Source: a bacterium (lineage in GTDB: Bacteria; SAR324; NAC60-12). Taken from it: a stretch of DNA of 64,000 nt. A program made the position numbers and the translations under genes. This document shows positions 31,734 to 41,039 of this stretch, in pieces. Positions within the stretch are counted from its first letter, which is position 1, and every line of letters begins with the position of its first letter. Where the stretch lies: positions 160,001 to 224,000 of the forward strand of contig CBDBHR010000030.1 in NCBI GenBank assembly GCA_965205865.1. Direction: 5' to 3'. The notes under the pieces are model-generated. The model did no database searches. It worked only from the letters and a program-made list of their open reading frames with translations, and was not told where the DNA came from.

Positions 31734-33305
31734 ATGTTCACAAGCTCTCGAATTCTTCAATTGCAGAGACTTTGCACGGCTGCTGAAATGATGGAAATGG
31801 AGCGCCATGCAATTCAGGAAGTGGGCATATCCGGACTGATCTTAATGGAAAATGCGGCACGGTGTGTGGCCGACTGGGTAGAAGAGCACTGTCTTCAGAA
31901 AAATGAGGAAGCAAAAATTGTGGTATGTTGCGGAAAAGGCAATAATGGCGGTGATGGATTTGCGATTGCCCGTTTATTAAAAAACCGCAACTACAACGTC
32001 ATCGTCGTCGATGCAGGACCTGCCAAAACCAAAGATGCGAAACTGAATCAAAACCTCTGGTGGCAATTTGGCAACAGCGTATCATATACCGAATCAGCGG
32101 ACCGCTCCCCTGCCCGTTCAATTGTGGCGGAGGCGGACATCATCATCGATTCGATTTTTGGAACCGGTCTGGAGCGCCCCATCACTGGAAAATTCCGAGA
32201 GTGGATTGAACATATCAATACAAATACCCTGGCTGTCAAAATAGGAGTCGATCTCCCTTCAGGTGTTCATTCGGATCAAGGACAGAGGATGGGAGTGGCA
32301 GTCGAATGTCAATATACTCTGACTTTTCAGCTAGGCAAACAGGGGTGTTTTCAATATCCAGGAGCGCAAAACGCAGGCAAGGTGGTTGTCAAAGACATTT
32401 CCATTCCTCCTTATTGGTCCAAGGAAGCTTTGCCCGTCTATTTGCTCACGCGATCATTTATTCAACAACTCCTCCCGGCTAAAGTTGTTGATGCGCATAA
32501 AGGCACCTACGGACATTTGCTCACTATTTGCGGGTCCTCCGGTATGGCCGGTGCTGTGTTGCTCGTCTCTTTTGCGGCAATCAAGAATGGTAGCGGCTTG
32601 GTTTCTGCTTGTGTACCACTGGCATTGCGTGACGCCTTTTTGGGACAATGCCCCGAATTGATGACCCTTTCTCCCGGAGGGGAATCTCCTCATCACTTCG
32701 TCTCCTCACATGCAACCTTTGTTGCCTCCGAAATTGAAAAACGGGATGCCGCAGTATTGGGATGCGGATTGGGGCAAGCGCCGGAAACAGTAAAATTTGT
32801 CCGGCAATTGGTGGCTTCAACAAGCAAACCTCTGCTCATTGATGCGGATGGCTTGAACTGCCTTGACAGTAAGTTGTTGAAAAAGCGTTCCGCTTCCACG
32901 ATTATCACTCCTCATCCCCGAGAACTTTCCCGTTTGTGTGGGCTTACAACTGCGGATATTCAAAAAAACCGCATTGAAATCACCCGAAAATACGCCGTGG
33001 AATGGGAGGTGGTTTTACTGCTCAAAGGAGCGTATACTGTCATCGGCGATGCCGATGGATCGGTATTTATCAATCCGACTGGTCATGAAGGTATGGCGAC
33101 AGCAGGAAGTGGGGATGTGCTCAGTGGAATAATCGGCAGCTTTCTGACACAGCAATGCTCTCCATTACAAGCAACCTTGCTGGGAGCATACTTACACGGA
33201 GAGGCTGGTGACTGTTTGAAACCGTTTCTTGCTTCTTCATATTTGAGCGCTACCAACTTGATTCATAGTCTGAACGATGCCCGCCTTCTGCATGAACAGC
33301 CTTAG
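31734..33305 (+). CDS. nnr: Bifunctional NAD(P)H-hydrate epimerase/dehydratase
   Basis: LMENAA, GKGNNGGDG, DSIFGTG, HKGTYG, DADGL, TPHPRE, ATAGSGDVL. Confidence 0.96.
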   Translation: MFTSSRILQLQRLCTAAEMMEMERHAIQEVGISGLILMENAARCVADWVEEHCLQKNEEAKIVVCCGKGNNGGDGFAIARLLKNRNYNVIVVDAGPAKTKDAKLNQNLWWQFGNSVSYTESADRSPARSIVAEADIIIDSIFGTGLERPITGKFREWIEHINTNTLAVKIGVDLPSGVHSDQGQRMGVAVECQYTLTFQLGKQGCFQYPGAQNAGKVVVKDISIPPYWSKEALPVYLLTRSFIQQLLPAKVVDAHKGTYGHLLTICGSSGMAGAVLLVSFAAIKNGSGLVSACVPLALRDAFLGQCPELMTLSPGGESPHHFVSSHATFVASEIEKRDAAVLGCGLGQAPETVKFVRQLVASTSKPLLIDADGLNCLDSKLLKKRSASTIITPHPRELSRLCGLTTADIQKNRIEITRKYAVEWEVVLLLKGAYTVIGDADGSVFINPTGHEGMATAGSGDVLSGIIGSFLTQQCSPLQATLLGAYLHGEAGDCLKPFLASSYLSATNLIHSLNDARLLHEQP

Positions 33306-33349
33306 TAAAAGCATCCTGAAAAAGTAAAATCGCGCCTTCCGGCCTCTCT

Positions 33350-33489
33350 TTTTTCACACCTATCTTGAACAGTGAGCCTTGTTCATCCAACATTTGAGTG
33401 AGAGATTCGGCGATATAGGCTTTGTCGGCATAGATCGGATTATCATAAATATCCGAAGGGATTTCCTTTCTCCGCTTTGTCGTTCCCAC
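33350..33489 (-). pseudogene. Short IS982-like transposase fragment
   Basis: IYADKAYIAESLTQMLDEQG resembles the (A/G)DKGYIS..L...L..QG segment of IS982 DDE transposases. Confidence 0.4.
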
Positions 33490-33532
33490 TACATCGGGTT
33501 TATACCATCATAATACTGGGAATTGAGTCAAT

Positions 33533-33790
33533 TAACCTGAGTTCGAGATAAGAATTTAATAAATTCAATATGTTATGGAATCTTCATATCTTAGAGAAAC
33601 TTTGTCATTCCTGCGAGATCCCTGCGTACGCAGGGAAGGAATCCTGAGGTATGCAGCCAGACTGAAATCCGGATTCCCGCTCCCCGCTCCCCGCTTTCGC
33701 GAGGACAAGTTTCGCGGGGACAAGTTTCGCGAGGATGACATATACACTGGGATACTCATATTATTGAAGATTTATGTCGAACTCAGGTTA
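33533..33790. mobile_element. MITE family A, complete copy (258 bp)
   Basis: Perfect 14-bp TIRs TAACCTGAGTTCGA / TCGAACTCAGGTTA; internal REP-like palindromes and repeated TTTCGCG(A/G)GGA. Confidence 0.92.
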
Positions 33791-34453
33791 TTGAGGATCG
33801 CTGTGTTTATTTTGAAGCAAGGCGCGTAAATGTTTGATCTCTTCCAGGGCTTGTTTCTTTTGTTGTCGTTCCAGTTCTTCTCTTTTCAAGGCTTGCTCTT
33901 TTTGTTGCCGCTCCTGTTCTTTGAGTTGCCTTTCCTGCTCTTTTTGTTGCCGCTCTTTTTGGAGGGATTTTAAGAGATATGGTTGGTAGAGCGGATCATT
34001 CATCAGGGTCTCGAAAGGGATCTAGGCCTCCAAGTCTTGGCGCCGAAAAGCAAATTGGTCCAAGACGGTGGATTGAATCAGGCCCTCTTCTGCCGAATCC
34101 AATCGTTGATGGGTTCCCGCTTGATGGAGTCGATAAAAACATGTATGTTTTCCCAAACGATCTAAAATATAATAATCTGTCACCCCCGCTTTGGCGTATT
34201 CTTCTTTTTTGAAGACGGTGTCCCGTTCCACCTCCGAGGGAGTCGAGTCGGATAAAAACTCAATACAGAGGTCACACACCCCATGAAACGAACGATCCGT
34301 GGGGTGGGGCACTACCGGATTGGAATGCGGAAGGACCGCGAGATCCGGTTTCCGTATGCTGACTTTATCCCCCAATTCCAAACGAAAGCCCATTTCTAAT
34401 GCCATGATTCGCCCTTGAGGGAAGACGGTTAAGGAACAAACCTCAAATAACAT
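33788..34453 (-). pseudogene. Uma2/DUF820 family PD-(D/E)xK endonuclease with coiled-coil tail, disrupted
   Basis: RKPDL, DLCIEFLS, KKEEYAKAGV.DYYILD; in-frame TAG at 34022-34024 before the ERQQKEQ tail; 5' end lost at the MITE starting 34466. Confidence 0.85.
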
Positions 34454-34465
34454 GAAATTCTTCCA

Positions 34466-34588
34466 ATGGTGTGAGCAAAATTGGGGGACATGTACAGCGG
34501 CATCCCAACTCTACTGTTTTATGCCTGCTGTTACCTGTCCCCTAATTTTGCGTATCCATACTTCTAACTTATTTAAATTTCATTCCTA
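34466..34588. mobile_element. MITE family C, one-ended copy
   Basis: Near-identical to 41270-41396 and inverted relative to 39791-39950; internal GCAAAATT.GGGGACA...TGTCCCC.AATTTTGC palindrome. Confidence 0.85.
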
Positions 34589-34734
34589 AATATTCTTCTA
34601 ATAAGCGCAAGAACCATATGATACAGAGAGATGCTTAAGGGCTTCTGCGGGAAGGTCCTTATTTATACCAAAGTCTCTCCTCTCCGGCTTTCTCAAGTCT
34701 ATCAATATTTCATTGAGAAAACCCGAGCTACCTC

Positions 34735-34764
34735 TTGACAAACTTTTCTCTTTCGCATTATAAA
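34735..34764 (+). promoter_or_regulatory. Putative sigma70 promoter for rpn
   Basis: TTGACA-18 nt-TATAAA upstream of SD AAGGAG and ATG 34800. Confidence 0.45.
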
Positions 34765-34799
34765 ACCATTCCCTGTTTTTCAAACAGATAAGGAGTGTC

Positions 34800-35903
34800 A
34801 TGGCCAAATCGGAAAAACCTGCAAACCCCAAACGAAAAGGGACGCCTCACAATGATTTTTTTATTCAACAGTGGAGTGATTTAAAAGTCGCTCAGGCTTT
34901 TTTTAAAGAGTATTTGCCCGCTTCCATTCAAGCAATCATGGACTGGTCTCAATTACGTCTGGCACCAGGCGATTTTGTGCAAAAAGCGTTGAAGAATCGT
35001 AAAAGTGATCTCCTTTATGAAACTCGTTTTAAAGGAAGCGAGGGCCAGGAAATCAAGGGATTCTTCTTGATTCATTTCGAGCATCAAAAGGAGCCGGATG
35101 AAACCATGTGCTATCGGTATTTGAGCTATTTGGTGGGGATTTATGAGCAATATTTGAAGCAATTTCCTCAAGAAGGGCTCCCGATTGTTTTTCCGATAAC
35201 ACTTTTTCAAGGTCCCAAAAAATGGACCGCCGCCCTCCACTTTCATGACTTTCTCAGTGTTCCCGAGGCCCTCAAACCCTATGTGCCTTCCTTTGAATAT
35301 CACCTGGTGGATTTATCAGGCATGAGTGATGATCAAATCAAAGGATCCTTGTTTTTGAGAGTGTTTTTAATGATCATGAAACACATCGACTCCCCAGAAC
35401 TTTCCCATCTTTTAGCCACTGTCATCTGGCCTTTGTTTGAAAAACTATTTGAAGAAGGCAGTGGTTTGAGGTATCTTGAGGATGTACTCTACTATTTATT
35501 CAAAGCCAGTTCCCACCTCAAAGAAGAGGAAATGGTGCAACAAGTGCAAAACCTGCTCAGCTTTGAAGACGCTCACGAGGTAATTATGACAATCGCCGAA
35601 CAATTGGAACAAAAAGGACTCCAAAAAGGACTCCAAAAAGGACTTCTGAAAGGTCGTCAAGAAGGTCATCAAAAAGGTCATCAAAAAGGTCGTCAAGAAG
35701 GTCGTCAAGAAGAAGCATATCATCTACTAAAAAAACAACTCCAAAAGAAGTTTGGTGAAGCCGCGGAACCTTATCAAGCCATTCTAGCGACTCTCTCTGT
35801 TGATGAACTCGAAACACTAGGAGAAAGACTCATCACTCAATCGACTTTAGAAGACATTTTTCAAGGGTTTCCCTGGAGTGGCTCTCCACCAAAGCTTTCT
35901 TAA
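34800..35903 (+). CDS. Rpn/YhgA-like recombination-promoting nuclease (PD-(D/E)xK) with DUF4351-like C-terminus
   Basis: PHNDFF, KSDLLY, HFEHQ, MTIAEQL followed by GLQK/GRQE tetrad repeats, QLQKKFG..LETLGERL. Confidence 0.92.
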   Translation: MAKSEKPANPKRKGTPHNDFFIQQWSDLKVAQAFFKEYLPASIQAIMDWSQLRLAPGDFVQKALKNRKSDLLYETRFKGSEGQEIKGFFLIHFEHQKEPDETMCYRYLSYLVGIYEQYLKQFPQEGLPIVFPITLFQGPKKWTAALHFHDFLSVPEALKPYVPSFEYHLVDLSGMSDDQIKGSLFLRVFLMIMKHIDSPELSHLLATVIWPLFEKLFEEGSGLRYLEDVLYYLFKASSHLKEEEMVQQVQNLLSFEDAHEVIMTIAEQLEQKGLQKGLQKGLLKGRQEGHQKGHQKGRQEGRQEEAYHLLKKQLQKKFGEAAEPYQAILATLSVDELETLGERLITQSTLEDIFQGFPWSGSPPKLS

Positions 35904-35927
35904 ATGATCTGTAACAACAAAATCAAA

Positions 35928-36105
35928 TGGATCTCGCCATGAGAAAAAGAAAATATTTGACTTCTTGATCTCGCTATAATATAAAGATCAAAGAGGCCTT
36001 CAAACAGCGATTCAAATAGGAATTGAAAAAGGAGTTGACTTCTGGATCTCGCCATGAGAAAAAGAAAATATTTGACTTCTTGATCTCGCTGTAATATGAA
36101 AGATC
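35928..36105 (+). repeat. Two ~62-bp direct repeats 115 bp apart
   Basis: TGGATCTCGCCATGAGAAAAAGAAAATATTTGACTTCTTGATCTCGCT at 35928 and 36043. Confidence 0.9.
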
Positions 36106-36159
36106 TTCATTGAATTTATAAGAATACAGAATTAATGAATCACCGTATTAAAAAAAAGT

Positions 36160-36188
36160 TTGACAACCATTTGCAAAGCGAGTATACA
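36160..36188 (+). promoter_or_regulatory. Putative sigma70 promoter
   Basis: TTGACA-17 nt-TATACA with upstream A-tract. Confidence 0.5.
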
Positions 36189-36285
36189 AATTATTCCAAG
36201 GACAAAAGGGCAATAATGCGATCCTTCGCTTTGCTCAGGATGACATGAAAGTCTGAAATTAAACCGTTTCAAGGATAAAAGAATC

Positions 36286-36315
36286 TTGACAATAAGGTAG
36301 ATATGCGAGTAAACT
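36286..36315 (+). promoter_or_regulatory. Second putative sigma70 promoter
   Basis: TTGACA-18 nt-TAAACT directly before the heptamer array. Confidence 0.45.
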
Positions 36316-36321
36316 TAAACA

Positions 36322-36397
36322 CCCAGTTCCCAGTTCCCAGTTCCCAGTTCCCAGTTCCCAGTTCCCAGTTCCCAGTTCCCAGTTCCCAGTTCCCAGT
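36322..36397 (+). repeat. Heptamer tandem repeat (CCCAGTT)x10 plus a partial copy
   Basis: Directly visible; degenerate copies again near 36558-36590. Confidence 0.97.
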
Positions 36398-36442
36398 AAT
36401 TAGTCCCAGTCACACTTCACAAATCCCAAGTTCTACCCCCTT

Positions 36443-36542
36443 ATCTCATCTCGACGGGGCCGTCGGTACGCCCGGTCCGCATACGGCGCATCGGCGTACC
36501 GGAAGCAACGCGGTAGCGGCGCCCAGTCCGAGAGGGAGAGAT
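36443..36542 (+). ncRNA. Unassigned GC-rich structured RNA candidate
   Basis: Long outer stem (ATCTC/GAGAT, TCTCG/CGAGA, GGG/CCC, GCCGT/GCGGC) enclosing a 9-bp stem CGGTACGCC/GGCGTACCG; no known family recognised. Confidence 0.4.
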
Positions 36543-36675
36543 CCTTAAGATCCCTCGTTCCCAGTTCCAAATCCCAAGTTCCAAGTTCCAGGAACAGAAC
36601 GGCAAGGGTGAATTTGGAAAATCATGGACGTCTGAGAGCGTCCTTGTTTCGTTCATTTTTTATAAGGAGAACCCT

Positions 36676-36813
36676 ATGTTGAAATCACGTAAGCAGAAAT
36701 TTGTCGCCTCCGTCGTGAGGCTGAACGTGGCAGGCGCCTTGTCTGCCACAAAAAACCGATTCGCTCAATGGCTGAGTGAATCATTATCTTCACCCTCAAT
36801 TAAAAGAGGTTAG
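36676..36813 (+). CDS. 45-aa mini-ORF (leader peptide or signal-peptide stub), unit 1
   Basis: SD TAAGGAG; MLKSRKQKFVASVVRLNVAGALSATKNRF...; paralogous to 36815-36937. Confidence 0.45.
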   Translation: MLKSRKQKFVASVVRLNVAGALSATKNRFAQWLSESLSSPSIKRG

Positions 36814-36814
36814 T

Positions 36815-36937
36815 ATGGGTATTGTGAAGAAACTTTTAGCCCCTGTCGTGGAGCTGTTCGTTGCAGACGTTGGGTCTGCCACGAAACTGCGATTCACCTC
36901 AGAGCAGGTGAATCTTTTTATAACACCTCAAATGTAA
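36815..36937 (+). CDS. 40-aa mini-ORF, unit 2
   Basis: SD AAGAGG; MGIVKKLLAPVVELFVADVGSATKLRF...; its stop overlaps the SD of the next gene. Confidence 0.45.
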   Translation: MGIVKKLLAPVVELFVADVGSATKLRFTSEQVNLFITPQM

Positions 36938-36946
36938 GAGGACACA

Positions 36947-38675
36947 ATGGAAAAAAGAATAATAAGAAAACTTCAATCCCGCCGTGACCGTGCAAGAGAT
37001 GGTCAAAGACCCGTCCACTGGCGAGATGGTGGAGGCACCTCGGTATGGTGGCAGAATTGTCCTCAGCGAGGCCGCCCAGCAAACGCATCCTGACGGCTGG
37101 TGGGGGTCATCGAACTCCCGAATAGCAAGTCTCGCTTTGGATAAGCTGGGCATAGGGAATTGGGCATTAGATAGGGACGTATTTGACTGGACATACCAGT
37201 TTACTGATATGGAGTTTATTAAACCCCACCTGGCGGAAAGCTGGGAGATTTCCCCGGACGGCCTCACCTATACCTTCAACATCCGAAAGGGCGTTCACTG
37301 GCAGAACAAGGCGCCGATGAACGGGCGGGAGCTAACTGCCTATGACGTCGAGCATCACTTCCACCGTTTCTATGGTCTGGGCAGCGGCTTCACCGAGCCG
37401 ACCCCCCACACGGCTTAGGTCCAAAGCTTTCCAGTAGTATCAATAACGGCGACCGACAAATGGACAGTTGTTTTTAAGCTTTCACAGCCAAGCTTAACTG
37501 CGCTGGAGGAAATAACCTATAAGAGCTACGCGACTAGCTGGATACAGCCCCCCGAAGTCATCAAGCAATATGGCGACATGAAGGATTGGAGGAACGTCGT
37601 CGGCACGGAACCCTATATGCTGACCGACCAGGTCAGGGACAGCTCTACCACCTACACCAAGAACCCTGACTACTTCGCTTTTGACGAGAAGTACCCGGAG
37701 AACCGCCTGCCCTATGCCGACGAGATAAAGTTTCTGGTAATACCGGATTTACAGACGCAACTGGCGGCACTGCGCACGGGAAAGATTGCTGCCTACACTC
37801 AGGGCCTTACCATCCCCCAATGGGAGAGCATGCAGCGGACGAACCCCGAAATCAGAATGAAACCCTTACTCGACCAGCCAATGACTGGTTATGCCTTGCA
37901 CTTGCGCGACCCGGAGTCACCCTTTACGGACATCAGGGTGCGCATAGCCATGCAGAAGGCAATAGACCGCGAGACAATTAACAGGACATGGGCTAAGGGC
38001 TTGGGAGACCCGACACCTTATGGGATTATGGGGCCGTCAATGATCGGGTACTTCACCCCATTTGAGGAGTGGCCCGAGGAGGTCAAGGAAATGTGGCGCT
38101 ATGACCCGGCAGAGGCCGAGAGGCTCCTTGATGAGGCTGGGTTTCCGCGCAGCGCCGACGGCATTAGATTCAAGACGGACGTTTATTTCAATGAATGGTA
38201 TGGGCGTATGGACCTGACACAAATAGTCACAACCTACTGGGCAGCGATTGGCGTTGATGTCGGGATTAAGATGTTAGACCTTACTGCTCACAGGGCTGCT
38301 CAGACTGGCCGCACTTATAAACATATAATCCTCTGCAATCGAGCTACGGGTTACACCGCGGCGATATGGTGGCAAGCCCATAGTGAAAGTCAATGGAACG
38401 CGCCGGGTCTGAACGATCCTGAGTACGACGCCATGGTTGACGTCGCCAATGCCGCTACCACCGTTGAGGAGTTCAAGAGGCTGGTAAAAGAAATTAATAT
38501 GTACCTCTTAAAGCAGAAAGTTTGTGTAGGGGTTGATCGTCTTCCTGTCTTTAACGTCTGGCAGCCGTGGCTGGCTGGCTACAATGGTGAAGTACGGCTG
38601 GGAACCGATCTTGGCCGAGCCGCTTATGCCCGGGTCTGGGTTGACCAGGAGCTGAAGAAGGAAATGGGGCACTAG
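36947..38675 (+). pseudogene. Peptide/nickel-type (family 5) ABC substrate-binding protein, disrupted
   Basis: Paralog of 59762-61546; start MEKRIIRKLQS is followed by a frameshifting deletion of the signal h-region; in-frame TAG at 37416-37418 (TPHTA*VQSFPVVSITATDKW). Confidence 0.88.
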
Positions 38676-38829
38676 GGCTCAGCACTTCACCGGTTGGCTC
38701 CTGACAAAAGAGGGGGGCTGGGGGCTTAGGCTCTCAGCTCCCTTACTGATTGAATAGTGGGAGGGGGGCGACGGGATTGCCACCCCTTTGGCTCACAATG
38801 ACGAGGGAGATCGCGATGAGGTGGGTGAC

Positions 38830-39789
38830 ATGCGAACCTACGTAATTAGAAGAATATTGCTCATCATTCCCACCGTGTTGATAGTGTCTATTATCGTCTT
38901 CCTTTCAGTACGTCTCATACCGGGCGATGTCATAGACGCGATGATGGCTTTGATGCCGCCTGAGGCTGGCATGGTGCTTGACCGTGAAGCGATTGAGCAG
39001 GCCCTGGGGTTGGATGCGCCCATCCACATCCAGTATGGACGCTGGATGGGAGACATTGTTCTGCACGGCAGCCTCGGGAAATCACTGTATGGCGGTCCGT
39101 CCGTGACTGAACAGTTGTTCAGTAAATTGCCGGTGACCCTTGAGCTTGGTATCCTGGCAATCATATTCGGGCTCGCCATAGCGTTCCCAGTCGGCATCTA
39201 CTCGGCGATCCATCAGGATACGGCCGGTGATTATGGAGGGCGTACTCTCGCCATCCTCTTTTTCTGCCTTCCCAACTTCTGGCTCGGCACTATCGTCATG
39301 ATTTACCCCTCAATCTGGTGGGCTTGGTCGCCATCCATGGAGCTGATTCCATTTGCCGACGACCCACTGGCTAACCTGGGAATGTTCACCATTCCAGCAG
39401 TCATTCTTGGCGCGTCCATGGCGGGGGTGACCATGAGAATGTCCCGCACCATGATGCTGGAGGTGTTGAGGCAGGACTACATCAGGACTGCCTATGCAAA
39501 GGGGCTCAAAGAGAGGGCAGTCATTGTCAGGCACGCCCTGAAGAACGCCTTCATCCCGGTAATTACCATAGTCGGCATGCAGTTGCCTATTCTGATTGGC
39601 GGTGCCGTTATTATGGAGCAGATATTCGTCCTGCCCGGCATAGGCCGTCTCTTTCTAGAGGCTCTCAATGACCGAGACTATGCGATGGTCTCCGGAGTAA
39701 ACCTGTTTATCGCCACCGCGGTAATAGGCATCAATCTGCTAATTGACCTCACCTATGGTTATTTAGACCCCAGGATTCAATACAAATAA
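38830..39789 (+). CDS. Peptide ABC transporter permease (DppB/OppB-like)
   Basis: MRTYVIRRIL, LGLDAP...QY, RTMMLEVLRQDYIRTAYAKGL, YLDPRI. Confidence 0.94.
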   Translation: MRTYVIRRILLIIPTVLIVSIIVFLSVRLIPGDVIDAMMALMPPEAGMVLDREAIEQALGLDAPIHIQYGRWMGDIVLHGSLGKSLYGGPSVTEQLFSKLPVTLELGILAIIFGLAIAFPVGIYSAIHQDTAGDYGGRTLAILFFCLPNFWLGTIVMIYPSIWWAWSPSMELIPFADDPLANLGMFTIPAVILGASMAGVTMRMSRTMMLEVLRQDYIRTAYAKGLKERAVIVRHALKNAFIPVITIVGMQLPILIGGAVIMEQIFVLPGIGRLFLEALNDRDYAMVSGVNLFIATAVIGINLLIDLTYGYLDPRIQYK

Positions 39790-39790
39790 A

Positions 39791-39950
39791 AGGAAAGAAA
39801 ATTAAATAAGTTAGAGTAGGGATACGCAAAATTAGGGGACACGTAACAGCAGCCGGACAACAGTATCATAAGCATGCACGGTGGTGTACATGTCCCCCAA
39901 TTTTGCTCCCATCATCAGAAAAATCACAGGTTATTTAATTTCTATTCCTA
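39791..39950. mobile_element. MITE family C, two-ended copy between the permease genes
   Basis: Imperfect TIRs AGGAAAGAAAATTAAATAA / TTATTTAATTTCTATTCCT; internal palindrome shared with the 34466 and 41270 copies. Confidence 0.8.
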
Positions 39951-39965
39951 AAAGGAAAGAGCCGG

Positions 39966-40934
39966 ATGAGTGGCGTTACAGATACATCTTTGGAAATAGC
40001 GGCGCCCAAGAGACGTGGCCTGCTGGCCGATTTCCTGATCAGGCTTCTAAGAGAGAAGCCGCTCGGTACCGTCTGTGGACTTATCGTGCTGGTACTGCTT
40101 TTTGCCGGCATCTTTGCGGATCTCCTGGCTCCTTATCCCTATGCTGAAATCCACCTTGAGAGCATTCTGGAGGAGCCATCAGGCCAGTATCTTCTGGGCA
40201 CCGACCAGTTGGGGCGGGATGTCCTCAGCCGCCTGATCCATGGGGCTCGTATTTCGTTAGTTGTCGGTCTGGCGGCGACCACTGTCAATGTGGTGGTCGC
40301 TGTCTTGATCGGCATCATTTCAGGATTCTTTGGCGGTAAACTGGACCTGGCTGCGCAGCGCTTTGTCGACGCCTGGATGGCTTTTCCGGGACTGCTGCTC
40401 TTGCTGACCGTCATGTCCATCGTGGGACAGGGTATCTTCCAGATCATCGTGGTCCTGGGGATCGCCGGAGGCATCGTCGGTTCCCGAGTCGTCCGAAGCG
40501 CCGTGATTGGGGTCAAAGAGAATGACTATTTTCTGGCAGCCAAAGCCGTGGGCACCCCCACGAGCCAAATCCTGGTCCGCCATGTGCTGCCCAATATTAT
40601 GGCGCCCGTCATCATCATCTTCTCCATCAACATCGGGGGGGTGATTATCAGTGAGGCGTCGCTGAGCTTCCTCGGATTCGGTCTGCCCCCTGAGGTTCCC
40701 AGCTGGGGAGGTATGCTGAGCGGCGAAGGGCGTCGATTCATGGAGATGGCGCCACGGCTGGCGCTCTGGCCGGGGCTCTGCCTGACAATTGTCGTCTACG
40801 CTCTCAACATGTTTGGCGACGCCCTCAGGGACCTGTTCGACCCAAGACTGCGCGGCGGAGAGGGCAGTTACGGCACCGCAAAGAGGAAACGCAAACCAGG
40901 TCTCCTGGCCCGACTGATCAACCCCTTCTCTTAG
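39966..40934 (+). CDS. Peptide ABC transporter permease (DppC/OppC-like)
   Basis: LGTDQLGRDVLSRLIHGARISL, HVLPN, EASLSFLGFG.PP..PSWG, GDALRD..DPR. Confidence 0.95.
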   Translation: MSGVTDTSLEIAAPKRRGLLADFLIRLLREKPLGTVCGLIVLVLLFAGIFADLLAPYPYAEIHLESILEEPSGQYLLGTDQLGRDVLSRLIHGARISLVVGLAATTVNVVVAVLIGIISGFFGGKLDLAAQRFVDAWMAFPGLLLLLTVMSIVGQGIFQIIVVLGIAGGIVGSRVVRSAVIGVKENDYFLAAKAVGTPTSQILVRHVLPNIMAPVIIIFSINIGGVIISEASLSFLGFGLPPEVPSWGGMLSGEGRRFMEMAPRLALWPGLCLTIVVYALNMFGDALRDLFDPRLRGGEGSYGTAKRKRKPGLLARLINPFS

Positions 40935-40989
40935 AAATCAGGGAATTGGGGTCAAGCCTGTGACTTTGGGAATTTAAGTTCATATTTCC

Positions 40990-41039
40990 GTGAGGCAGGT
41001 TGGGAGTCTTACGACTCCTTTCCCCCCTGAGAACGGCTC
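40990..41039 (-). mobile_element. Group II intron 3'-end remnant (collapsed domain V plus domain VI)
   Basis: Minus strand GAGCCG|TTCTCAGGGGGGAAAGGAGTCGTAAGACTCCCAACCTGCCTCAC fits the GAGCCG...GGTTC-GGGGGG-DVI-AY pattern with the DV stem deleted. Confidence 0.55.

Noticed and set aside
35928-36105. Possible CRISPR array
   Set aside because: Only 2-3 units, irregular spacing (78 and 37 nt), duplicated intervening sequence, no cas genes
36443-36542. Assignment of the structured RNA to SRP RNA, glutamine (glnA), ykkC or FMN riboswitch, or group IIC domain V
   Set aside because: Only isolated words match (GGAAGCAACG, GTCCGAGAG, CGCCGTATGCGGACC); the required partner motifs and spacing are missing
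36303-36548. ORF with repeated SSQFPVP
   Set aside because: Translation of the heptamer repeat; no other coding evidence
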